Assembly: GCA_002368175.1 (NCBI GenBank)
Contig: AP018172.1
Coordinates: 1-29,598 of the forward strand
Origin: Calothrix sp. NIES-2098
GTDB lineage: Bacteria; Cyanobacteriota; Cyanobacteriia; Cyanobacteriales; Nostocaceae
Direction of reading: 5' to 3'
Length of the DNA: 29,598 bases
Made by a program: the position numbers and the translations under genes. The notes below the pieces were generated by a model. The model was not told the DNA's origin. It was given only the letters and a program-made list of their open reading frames with translations, and made no database searches. Each line of letters opens with the position of its first letter. Positions within the stretch are counted from its first letter, which is position 1. Positions 17,177 through 25,601 of the stretch are shown piece by piece.

Positions 17177-17758
17177 ATGACAAAAACTATTTTAATTACG
17201 GGAGGAGCCGGATATATTGGCTCCCATGCAGTATTAGCTCTCAGAAATGCAGGTTATGAAGTAATTGTTTTAGATAACCTGTCGAATGGACATCGAGAAC
17301 TTGTAGAAGATGTTTTGCAGGTAAAGTTAATTGTTGGGGATATGAGCGATCGCTCTCTTCTCGCTCGCATATTCTCCACTCATAATATAGATGCAGTGAT
17401 GCATTTTGCAGCTTACATTGCTGTGGGTGTATCTGTTACTCATCCAGCCAAATATTACCAAAACAATGTTATCGGTACGCTGACACTTTTAAAAGCAATG
17501 CTCAAAGGCGGAGAAAGCGAAGTATTTAATTTAGGAAATGGTAGTGGTTTTTCAGTTAGAGAATTGATAGAAACTGCCAAGACAGTAACAGGAAGAAAAA
17601 TTAAAATCGAAGAGCGCGATCGCAGACCAGGCGATCCTCCTATTTTAGTTGGTAGTAGCTACAAAGCAAGACAACAATTGGGTTGGCAACCTCAATACCC
17701 AAACTTAGAAGAAATTATCAGTCACGCTTGGCAATGGCATCAGAAACGCCATATTTAA
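17177..17758 (+). CDS. UDP-glucose 4-epimerase (GalE)-like protein with in-frame internal deletion of the catalytic core (probably non-functional remnant)
   Basis: N-terminus ILITGGAGYIGSH...VLDNLSNG...DAVMHFAA..KYYQNNVIGTLTLLKAM is the GalE Rossmann part up to about residue 115. It joins directly to GalE C-terminal sequence (EVFNLGNGSGFSVRELIE...RRPGDPPILVGSSYKARQQLGWQP), which corresponds to residues ~245-330. The catalytic Ser and YxxxK region is absent. Confidence 0.6.
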   Translation: MTKTILITGGAGYIGSHAVLALRNAGYEVIVLDNLSNGHRELVEDVLQVKLIVGDMSDRSLLARIFSTHNIDAVMHFAAYIAVGVSVTHPAKYYQNNVIGTLTLLKAMLKGGESEVFNLGNGSGFSVRELIETAKTVTGRKIKIEERDRRPGDPPILVGSSYKARQQLGWQPQYPNLEEIISHAWQWHQKRHI

Positions 17759-18062
17759 ATTGAATTTGTCAATCATTTATAGTTTGGATTACATAGAGGA
17801 ATAGCATTGAATTTTCTATATATCTGTAGAGTGGGAATTGCCAAACATCCACTTAATTTTTACTGCTATATTTATCTTTCAGGTTATAAAGATTGTAGAT
17901 GAATTTTGCCTCTAAAGATAGAAACTAACCAAAATTTACCTCGATAAAATTAGAACATTAAATTAGATATTAATTTCAGTGGTTTTGCTGAAATATAACT
18001 TCGGCAAATAAGCACTATTTAATTTTCTAATTAAAAATATAACAAGGCAAAGAGGTATTGGT

Positions 18063-18836
18063 TTGAATATTTGCGAGCGACCACTTAGCTATTATATAAA
18101 AATTGAGCAATTCAGCGCTCAAGAAAATACTGTTTATGGGCTGGTAATTGCCATACTAATTATTAGCCTTTGGGTAGGTAGTTTGGCTTTGTTACTGAGC
18201 ATTAACTATGCCATAATGCCAGTTTGGTTAATACCGATTGCTATAGTTTGGCAAATGTTCCTCTATACAGGATTATTCATTACTGCGCATGATGCTATGC
18301 ATGGGTCGATTTTTCGCAAAAATCCGAAAATTAATAATTTTATCGGTTCGCTAGCTGTAACGCTTTACGCTGTGTTTCCATATCAACAGCTTTTAAAGAA
18401 ACATTGGTTACATCATCGTCATCCTGCTAGCGAACTTGACCCCGATTTTCATGATGGTAAAAGCGAAAATGCAATTTCCTGGTATTTCCGCTTCATGAAA
18501 GAATACTCTAATTGGCGACAATTAATAGTGCTAACTATCGTATTTAATTTGGCTAAATACTTTTTGCATATCTCAGAAATTAATCTCATCTTATTTTGGA
18601 GTATTCCACCAATTTTAAGTTCAATGCAACTGTTTTATTTCGGAACTTTTTTACCTCATCGAGAACCGGAATTAGGGTACATTTATCCCCATTGCAGCCA
18701 AACAATTGCCTTGCCAACTTTTTGGTCATTCATCGCTTGCTACCACTTTGGTTATCATGAAGAACATCATGAGTATCCCCATGTACCTTGGTGGCAACTT
18801 CCATCTATATATAGGCAGAGAGTCTTGAATAATTAA
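18063..18836 (+). CDS. crtW: Beta-carotene ketolase (CrtW family, membrane di-iron hydroxylase/desaturase fold)
   Basis: Histidine boxes HDAMHG, HHRHP and HEEHHEYPHVPW sit within a hydrophobic membrane protein and resemble cyanobacterial CrtW. The called start is a TTG; the true start may lie a few codons either side. Confidence 0.8.
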   Translation: MNICERPLSYYIKIEQFSAQENTVYGLVIAILIISLWVGSLALLLSINYAIMPVWLIPIAIVWQMFLYTGLFITAHDAMHGSIFRKNPKINNFIGSLAVTLYAVFPYQQLLKKHWLHHRHPASELDPDFHDGKSENAISWYFRFMKEYSNWRQLIVLTIVFNLAKYFLHISEINLILFWSIPPILSSMQLFYFGTFLPHREPELGYIYPHCSQTIALPTFWSFIACYHFGYHEEHHEYPHVPWWQLPSIYRQRVLNN

Positions 18837-18899
18837 GTTGAATTTTGAGTATTATTGCTGTTGATGTAGAGTTGAGCAGAAGCGAAAATCTCAAATGCA

Positions 18900-20174
18900 A
18901 TGACTCACTTTGGCATTATTTGCCCACCCTATCCCGGACATATAAACCCCCAAGCTGCTTTGGGACGAGAATTACAATTGCGCGGTCATCGGGTTACTTT
19001 TTTGCAAATTCCCGATTTGGAATTCAAGGTGCGATCGCAAGGAGTCAACTTTCATCCGATTGGCGAAGCGATTTATCAACCTGGTTCAATGGCTGAAACC
19101 TTTGCTCAATTGGGAAAGTTAAGTGCTGTAGAGGCGTTGCGTTACTCCCTGGATTTTTGCCAGCAAATGGTGGAAATCATCTGTCAAGATGCACCAAAAG
19201 CGATCGCCGCAACGGGAATTGAGGTTTTGCTAGTAGATCAACTCGAACCTGTGGGCGAAACAGTAGCAGAATATCTCAACCTTCCGTTTATCTGCATTTC
19301 TTGCGGCCAGGTAATTCACCGTCGCGCTGATGTTCCGCCTTTTTTTACTCCTTGGAATTATCAAAATACCCCGTGGGCAAAAATCCGCAATCAGGTAGCT
19401 TATTACTTTTTAGATCGCAATTGTCAACCAATTTTGCGAACGATTAATCGCTATCGCCAACAGTGGAAGTTGCCAAATTATCGCCATATCTACGCCTCCA
19501 ACGCCCGACTCGCCCATATTAGCCAACAACCTCCAACATTTGAATTTCCTATTCCCAACTTGCGATCGCACCTCCATTATGTAGGGCCTTTACGCAACGC
19601 TTCACCACAATTGATTGATTTTCCCTACGATAAACTGACTACACAGCCGATGATTTATGCTTCCTTGGGAAGCGTCCAAAACACTAAATATGAAGTATTT
19701 TGTTGCATTGCTGCTGCTTGTGCAGAACTAGATGTACAACTGGTAATTGCACATGGAGGTGGAATGAGTGCAGAAATGGAGCAATCTTTACCTGGTTGTC
19801 CATTAGTCGTCGAGTATGCACCTCAACCAGATGTCATGGCCAAAGCCAATCTGACGATTACCCATGCGGGGATGAATACAACATTGGATTCTCTCAGCTA
19901 CGGTGTACCTTTAGTAGCCATTCCCATCACCTTTGAACAACCGGGAACAGGCGCACGCATTCGTTCAACTGGTGTCGGAGAAGTGGTTTCTCTACCAGAA
20001 CTTAGCATTTCCAGATTGCGCTCAAAAATTGAGCAGGTATTAACGACAGATTCCTATAGAAAGAAAGCGCAAAAAATTCAGCAATCAATTCAACAAGCAG
20101 GCGGCGTAAAACAAGCAGCAAATATTATTGAGCAGGTTACTCAATACCAAAGTTCTCAAATTGTAGAGCCATGA
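18900..20174 (+). CDS. crtX: GT1-family carotenoid glycosyltransferase, CrtX (zeaxanthin glucosyltransferase)-like
   Basis: Recognisable similarity along the whole length to Pantoea CrtX: N-terminal MTHFGIICPPYPGHINP...RGHRVTF, LVDQLEPVGETVAEYLNLPF, IYASLGS, VQLVIAHGGG. The PSPG-like box is ANLTITHAGMNTTLDSLSYGVPLVAIPITFEQPGTGARI. It lies 63 nt after crtW. Confidence 0.75.
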   Translation: MTHFGIICPPYPGHINPQAALGRELQLRGHRVTFLQIPDLEFKVRSQGVNFHPIGEAIYQPGSMAETFAQLGKLSAVEALRYSLDFCQQMVEIICQDAPKAIAATGIEVLLVDQLEPVGETVAEYLNLPFICISCGQVIHRRADVPPFFTPWNYQNTPWAKIRNQVAYYFLDRNCQPILRTINRYRQQWKLPNYRHIYASNARLAHISQQPPTFEFPIPNLRSHLHYVGPLRNASPQLIDFPYDKLTTQPMIYASLGSVQNTKYEVFCCIAAACAELDVQLVIAHGGGMSAEMEQSLPGCPLVVEYAPQPDVMAKANLTITHAGMNTTLDSLSYGVPLVAIPITFEQPGTGARIRSTGVGEVVSLPELSISRLRSKIEQVLTTDSYRKKAQKIQQSIQQAGGVKQAANIIEQVTQYQSSQIVEP

Positions 20175-20327
20175 TAAATCTTATGTCGGTTGGTAGATTT
20201 AATTAAGATTTAATAGAGCTAATTATAAGTAAATAGACATAATATAAAACTCCTCTGTAGAGAATTTTGCCTGCTCATTTCCAAATAAAAAGACCGGACT
20301 CAAACAAGTTTCTCAACTGCCAGTATT

Positions 20328-22010
20328 ATGCAAAATATTTATGGCAATATTCAGGGAATAAAAGCCAGCCAAATCAAACGATTACAGCAGCTTTACGAGC
20401 AACGACAACCTGGAGATAGATTGATTACGCCAGAATTTGCTCAAGCTTTAGCGAGGATGAGTACAGACATCCATCAACCAATTTGTTGTTATATCAATCG
20501 ACGGGGGCAAATTATCCGAATTGCTGTGGGAACGCCAAATCAAACTCAAATTCCACCTGAAGAATTACCCCGTCGCAGTGCAGAACGCTTAAGCGGTATT
20601 CGTTGTATTACTACTCAATTTAAATCAGAACCACCTGATGAAGCTGCATTGGTTGCAATGATACGTCAGCGCTTAGATGCGCTAGTAGAATTAAATGTAG
20701 TTGATGGAAAAGTAAAAGATACTTTTTTAGCTTATCTTTTCCCCGATTCTGACAATCCTTGGGTTATTTCACCTCCTTTAAGTTTGAACGATCTAACCGA
20801 ACAAGAATTTGATGTTTTAGTTGCAGAATGGGAAGAAGAAATCGCTGACGCAGGCGTGGGAATATTTCAAGACATTGTATCTGATGAAGATAGGGTTTTG
20901 TTGGTAGGACTACAGACAGAAGATGTCTCTGCGCAACGCTTTGAAGATGGACTTGCTGAACTGGTGCGTTTGGTTGAAAGTGCTGGCGGAATTGTCCTAG
21001 ATACGATGCGACAAAAGCGAGAACGACCCCATCCGCAAACTGTTGTCGGTAAGGGAAAGGTTGAGGAAATTAAACTTTTAGCCCAAAAAGTTAGCGCTAA
21101 TTTGATTGTTTTTGACCGAGATATTTCTGCATCTCAAGCCCGCAATTTGGAACAAGAAATTGGCATTCGAGTTGTAGACCGCACAGAAGTAATTCTCGAT
21201 ATTTTCGCTCAACGCGCTCGTACTCAAGAGGGTAAATTACAAGTAGAATTGGCGCAACTCGAATATATGTTACCTCGGCTGCGCGGTCGCGGTCAGGAAA
21301 TGTCTCGATTAGGTGCAGGAATTGGGACGCGAGGGCCTGGTGAAACAAAACTAGAGACAGAACGGCGAGTAATTCAACGGCGAATTGCTCAACTACAGCA
21401 GGAAGTCAATCAATTACAAGCACATCGCGCCCGCATTAGACAACAACGACAACAGCAAGAAATTCCAGTTGTGGCATTAGTGGGTTACACCAATGCTGGT
21501 AAATCTACGTTGTTGAATGTGTTAACTAATGCAGAAGTTTACACCGCAGACCAACTCTTTGCCACCCTCGACCCGACAACGCGCAAAGTAGTAATTACAG
21601 ATCCAGAAACACAACAACGGCGGTCAATTCTGCTCACAGATACAGTAGGGTTTATCCACGAACTTCCACCACCGCTAATGGATGCATTTCGCGCCACATT
21701 GGAGGAAGTGATTGAGGCAGATGCGATGCTTCATATCGTAGATTTATCCCATCCAGCTTGGGAAAACCATATTGCGAGTGTAGAGGAAATTCTCCAAGAA
21801 ATGCCTGAGATTCCTGAAAAAAGTACGATCGCTTTTAACAAGATTGACCGCGTAGATAGCGAAACTTTGGCGGAAGCTCAACAAAAGTATCCCGAAGCTG
21901 TGTTTATTTCAGCAACTGAGCGCTTGGGTTTAGAGACTTTAAAAATGCGATCGCTCAAACTAATTGACGAACCTATAGAAGCGATCTCTGTCCCACAAAA
22001 TTCATACTAA
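20328..22010 (+). CDS. hflX: GTPase HflX
   Basis: HflX N-terminal domain, glycine-rich segment, then a GTP-binding domain with a P-loop (VALVGYTNAGKSTLLN) and DTVGF (G3). Confidence 0.85.
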   Translation: MQNIYGNIQGIKASQIKRLQQLYEQRQPGDRLITPEFAQALARMSTDIHQPICCYINRRGQIIRIAVGTPNQTQIPPEELPRRSAERLSGIRCITTQFKSEPPDEAALVAMIRQRLDALVELNVVDGKVKDTFLAYLFPDSDNPWVISPPLSLNDLTEQEFDVLVAEWEEEIADAGVGIFQDIVSDEDRVLLVGLQTEDVSAQRFEDGLAELVRLVESAGGIVLDTMRQKRERPHPQTVVGKGKVEEIKLLAQKVSANLIVFDRDISASQARNLEQEIGIRVVDRTEVILDIFAQRARTQEGKLQVELAQLEYMLPRLRGRGQEMSRLGAGIGTRGPGETKLETERRVIQRRIAQLQQEVNQLQAHRARIRQQRQQQEIPVVALVGYTNAGKSTLLNVLTNAEVYTADQLFATLDPTTRKVVITDPETQQRRSILLTDTVGFIHELPPPLMDAFRATLEEVIEADAMLHIVDLSHPAWENHIASVEEILQEMPEIPEKSTIAFNKIDRVDSETLAEAQQKYPEAVFISATERLGLETLKMRSLKLIDEPIEAISVPQNSY

Positions 22011-22024
22011 TTAAAGGAAATTCT

Positions 22025-22897
22025 ATGATACCAACCATTATTGTTCACGGTGGGGCAAAAACCATCAAGGAAGAAAAAGTTGCAGCTAACAAAGCAGGCT
22101 GTACCGCAGCAGCTGAAGCCGGTTGGGCAGTGTTACTCGGTGGAGGTAGTGCCGCAGAAGCCGTGGAAGCAGCCATCCGCGTGTTGGAAAGTGACCCGAC
22201 ATTTAACGCCAGTTTAGGTGCAACTCTCAACAGCGACGGAGAAGTGGAACTAGACGCGGCGATTATGGAAGGTACTTTAAGTTGGGGAGCAGTTGCAGCA
22301 GTTCAAGGTATCCGTCATCCAATCTCCGTTGCACGCAAAATTATGGATGACAAACCCAGGTTACTAGTCGCGAGAGGCGCAGAACGCTTCGCTGCCGATT
22401 GCGGAGCCGAAATGTGTAAAAAAGAAGACTTAATAGCCGAGGAGCAGTGGCAGCAGTGGAAGGAAGAACAGGAAGTTATAGATCGCCCTAATACCGTAGG
22501 TTGCGTAGCTTTGGATGCTAGCGGCATCTTAGTTGCCGGCACTTCAACTGGCGGGACTACGAAACAGCAACAAGGTCGCGTTGGTGATACTGCGGTTGTC
22601 GGCTCTGGCTTGTACGCTGATAATAAGCTCGGCGCTTGCTCAACAACAGGTGATGGCGAGTCCATTATTCCAGTGGTTTTGGCTAAAACTGCGATCGATT
22701 TCTTAACTGGAGACAGACATCCAGACGAAGCCGCACAGATGGCGATTAAGGCTTTGAAATCGAAAGTTAAAGGTGAAGCCGGTTGCATCCTTTTAGACCG
22801 CCAAGGCCGGGTAGGCTGGGCGTATAACTCATCACACATGGCTTGCGCTTATATAACCGCAGGACAAGATAAGGTAGCTTTCTTTACTCAGAAGTAG
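22025..22897 (+). CDS. iaaA: Isoaspartyl dipeptidase / plant-type L-asparaginase (Ntn-hydrolase, Asparaginase_2 family)
   Basis: Family motifs include HGGAG-like TIIVHGGA, the autoproteolytic/catalytic Thr in RPNTVGCVALD, GTSTGG and TGDGE. It starts 14 nt after hflX, so the two are probably co-transcribed. Confidence 0.8.
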   Translation: MIPTIIVHGGAKTIKEEKVAANKAGCTAAAEAGWAVLLGGGSAAEAVEAAIRVLESDPTFNASLGATLNSDGEVELDAAIMEGTLSWGAVAAVQGIRHPISVARKIMDDKPRLLVARGAERFAADCGAEMCKKEDLIAEEQWQQWKEEQEVIDRPNTVGCVALDASGILVAGTSTGGTTKQQQGRVGDTAVVGSGLYADNKLGACSTTGDGESIIPVVLAKTAIDFLTGDRHPDEAAQMAIKALKSKVKGEAGCILLDRQGRVGWAYNSSHMACAYITAGQDKVAFFTQK

Positions 22898-23161
22898 TCT
22901 ACATATTTGTTAACGACCGCATCCTTTTCTGGGTGCGGTGTCTTAGAGACGCGAATCATGTTCAAGTGAGTTATTTTTTCTGTTTGCTCAAGACAACACA
23001 GAGGCATCTAAATTAGATTTCTAATGAATTTTTTTAGAGCTAATTGTAGCCAAGGTCACAATTAATATTTACATATTTCACTTCATATTATAGATGACAA
23101 ATATATAAGGATAGATGTTATTTATAGATTTATTTAAATGCATTTAATTAGGAGAATAAAT

Positions 23162-23374
23162 ATGCAATTTCAAATAGAATGCAATACAGAAAAAAGCAGC
23201 CAAGTATGTTTAATTTGCCATCAAACTTTTCAGATGTTGGCAGCGAGATTAATTGTATGCAATGACCAAGGCGACGGCTATGGAGATATTTGTCCCCAAT
23301 GTACAGCTAGGGGTGGTAATTGGGTTCAACTACAACTTCAAGAATTTAGCAATAAGCTAGTAGCTCTAAAATGA
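23162..23374 (+). CDS. Small hypothetical zinc-ribbon-like protein (2 x CxxC)
   Basis: A strong Shine-Dalgarno AGGAGA lies 6 nt upstream of the ATG at 23162. The ORF track extends the frame to 23138. It encodes CLIC...CPQC, i.e. two CxxC pairs. No family was recognised. Confidence 0.4.
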   Translation: MQFQIECNTEKSSQVCLICHQTFQMLAARLIVCNDQGDGYGDICPQCTARGGNWVQLQLQEFSNKLVALK

Positions 23375-23424
23375 GCAAGAGAAATTTCTGATAAAAACTA
23401 TTCTGGCGTTGTGTGCAATTATGA

Positions 23425-24169
23425 ATGGGTAAACTGCAAATCGGTACTAGTGGCTGGGTTTATAAACATTGGATGGAAATTTTCTATCCGCCACATTTAC
23501 CTAGCGAACAGCAACTATCATTTTACGCTCAACACTTTTCTACTGTAGAAATTAATTTTTCTTTTTATCGTTTACCAGAGCGTTCTGTGTTTGAAACTTG
23601 GCGCGAGCAAACCCCATCTAAGTTTCTGTTTGCTGTGAAAGGTAGCCGCTATCTCACGCACATGAAAAAGTTAAAAGATCCGATAGAGCCGCTATCTCGT
23701 TTGATGGAACGCGCATCAGGATTACAAGAAAAACTAGGGCCGATTTTATTTCAGTTTCCTCATACTTGGCACATTAATATTGAGCGTCTTCAACCATTTT
23801 TAGAATTACTACAAAATTATTCAGACCAAAGATTTACATTTGAATTTCGTCATTCAAGTTGGCTAATTCCTCAAGTTTATCAACTCCTAGAAAATGCAGG
23901 TGTCGCCCTTTGTTTACCTGTTAGCCCAACCAACAGTTCCGCTTGATATTTGTTTAACTACTTCTTGGACTTATATTCGGATGCACAACGGGCAATGGAA
24001 TGTTGGTTATAGCGATGAAGAATTATATATATGGGCTGAACATATTCATTCATTTCTAAAGCAAGATATTGACGTATATGTGTACTTCAATAACGACCCC
24101 GATGGTCATGCAATTCGTGATGCTCAGAGATTATCTATTTTACTTGATTTAGGCTGGGAAAACAAGTAA
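23425..24169 (+). pseudogene. DUF72 (YecE-like) family gene disrupted by a frameshift near 23920-23946
   Basis: ORF 23425..23946 (IGTSGWVYKHW...FYRLP...FAVKGSRYLTH...LGPILFQFP) and the overlapping ORF 23894..24169 in another frame (TYIRMHNG...YSDEELYIWAE...DVYVYFNNDPDGHAIRDA) together reconstruct one DUF72 protein. Confidence 0.65.
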
Positions 24170-24236
24170 GGTAGACACTGCCTAGAGCGTTAACTCTGTG
24201 CCTTTTTAGAGGGTGATAATTCACGCAAAGTATTAT

Positions 24237-24294
24237 GTCATTGCGAGCGAAGCGAAGCAAACGCCTGGGATTGCTTCGCTTCGCTCGCAATGAC
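24237..24294. repeat. 58-nt perfect palindrome / hairpin (24-bp stem, 10-nt loop) between convergent genes
   Basis: GTCATTGCGAGCGAAGCGAAGCAA-acgcctggga-TTGCTTCGCTTCGCTCGCAATGAC; seen in sequence. No U-tract follows on either strand. Confidence 0.6.
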
Positions 24295-24451
24295 TAGAAG
24301 AAGACTTTGCACACAAAAACAGCATAACCAGATTCAAACTCACAAACTCTTTTAGAATCTGGGTTTCCTAATTTTTAATTAATTTAATTTAATTCACTAT
24401 GCCGCTGATTTGTGACAGATCAGCGGATATGAATTGTCTAAAAATTGAATA

Positions 24452-24476
24452 AGCGCATCTCCTAAAGGATGCGCCT
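24452..24476 (-). terminator. Candidate intrinsic terminator for the minus-strand GH2–galT operon
   Basis: On the minus strand, a hairpin GGCGCATCC-tttagg-AGATGCGC is followed by TTATTCAATTTTTAG, about 45 nt after the galT stop. A second stem CCGCTGAT...ATCAGCGG lies at ~24400-24424. Confidence 0.35.
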
Positions 24477-24518
24477 GTTTGAGTTTACCGATTTCTTCTT
24501 TATGCGGAAATCGGCATT

Positions 24519-25601
24519 TCAATGATTTACAGCTACTGCCTCTAACTCTTTGGCCTTCTCCTCTGGTAAGGCATCGTTGGCAAACATTCCGGCGGCGAGT
24601 TCGGTTCCTGCTAAATACTTTAGCCTGTCGCTGGTGCGATAGGGTGGATAAAACTGGGCGTGTAAATGTGCTTCTGGATGAGGTTTGCCGTCTGTAGGCG
24701 CACCAAACCAAGCCATGAGGTAAGGAAATGGACGATTCCACAAACCGTCATATTTGAGTGTGACGGTTTTTAATGCCCTGGCTAATCCCTGACGTTGCTT
24801 TGCACTCAGATCGTAAAAGCTGGCTACTGGTTGTATAGGCGCAATCCAAACTTCGTAGGGGTAACGCGCACATACGGGAACGAAGGCGATCGCTTCCTCA
24901 TCCTGATAAATTATTCTTTGGTTGTCAGCTATCTCTTTTTGAATTAAATCCGCTAACAAACCCCGCTGATTTTTCTCATAAAATTGCTGCTGCATCTCCA
25001 ACATTCTTGCTGGGACGGGCGGTATAAAAGGATAAGCATAAATTTGCCCGTGGGGATGGTGTAAAGTTACGCCTACCTCTACACCTTTATTTTCAAAGGG
25101 CAGCACGTACTGAATTTGGGGATTTGCGCCGAGTTCGCGAGTGCGATCGCCCCACACTTGCAACAGTAATTCAAGATGAGCTAATTCTAAGGAACTCAGG
25201 GAAGCATGGGGGTCTTGAGTAAAAACTACTACCTCACACGCACCATTAGCGGGTAAAGTTTCCACAATGCTAGCTGGTGGATCGTGCGCCGTTACTTTCA
25301 TAGAAGGAAAGCGGTTATCGAACACAGCTATGTCATACTTCCCTTGGGGTAGTTCTGTGGGAAACTCCCGATTGCTGGTGGGTGCGAGGGGGTTATATTC
25401 TGGAGGCGGCATGAAAGTCCGCCCCTGACGGTGACTGGCGTAAGCTACCCATTCGCCCCGTAAGGGGTGCCAGCGCAGGTGGGGATTTGCTTGCACTGGC
25501 TCATTACTAGGGCTAGGCGCTGTAATGTCTTGTGGAATTGGATAGCGGCTATATAAAGTCAGTTGGCGGCCATCTGGCTTTAACAACTTGTGGGAGTACA
25601 T
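24519..25601 (-). CDS. galT: Galactose-1-phosphate uridylyltransferase (GalT/HIT-superfamily branch)
   Basis: Active-site motif HHPHGQ (VTLHHPHGQIYAYPF) matches GalT His-Pro-His-Gly-Gln. An N-terminal zinc-site-like region is present. The 5' end overlaps the upstream GH2 gene by 22 nt. Confidence 0.75.
   Translation of the reverse strand: MYSHKLLKPDGRQLTLYSRYPIPQDITAPSPSNEPVQANPHLRWHPLRGEWVAYASHRQGRTFMPPPEYNPLAPTSNREFPTELPQGKYDIAVFDNRFPSMKVTAHDPPASIVETLPANGACEVVVFTQDPHASLSSLELAHLELLLQVWGDRTRELGANPQIQYVLPFENKGVEVGVTLHHPHGQIYAYPFIPPVPARMLEMQQQFYEKNQRGLLADLIQKEIADNQRIIYQDEEAIAFVPVCARYPYEVWIAPIQPVASFYDLSAKQRQGLARALKTVTLKYDGLWNRPFPYLMAWFGAPTDGKPHPEAHLHAQFYPPYRTSDRLKYLAGTELAAGMFANDALPEEKAKELEAVAVNH

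Noticed and set aside
18845-19096. 83-aa ORF overlapping the crtX-like start in another frame
   Set aside because: The overlapping frame (18900..20174) has a clear GT1/CrtX N-terminal motif (HFGIICPPYPGHINP), while this frame has none.
19700-19936. Cys-rich 78-aa ORF inside crtX-like
   Set aside because: It is an alternative frame of a supported CDS, and the Cys richness is a by-product of TGC/TGT codons in that frame.
21097-22839. Minus-strand ORFs inside hflX and iaaA (21097..21348, 22045..22230, 22315..22839)
   Set aside because: Antisense to well-supported CDSs. The 174-aa product is Ala/Ser/Pro low complexity, typical of a GC-rich antisense frame.
22900-22950. Possible terminator hairpin after iaaA (CCGCATCC-ttttct-GGGTGCGG)
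   Set aside because: The stem is short and imperfect and the T-run lies inside the loop rather than after the stem, so it is too weak to call.
24397-24741. ORFs 24397..24741 (–) and 24479..24697 (+) spanning the galT 3' end and terminator region
   Set aside because: Their Arg-rich products have no motif, they overlap the supported galT frame, and the region downstream of 24519 contains terminator-like hairpins instead.
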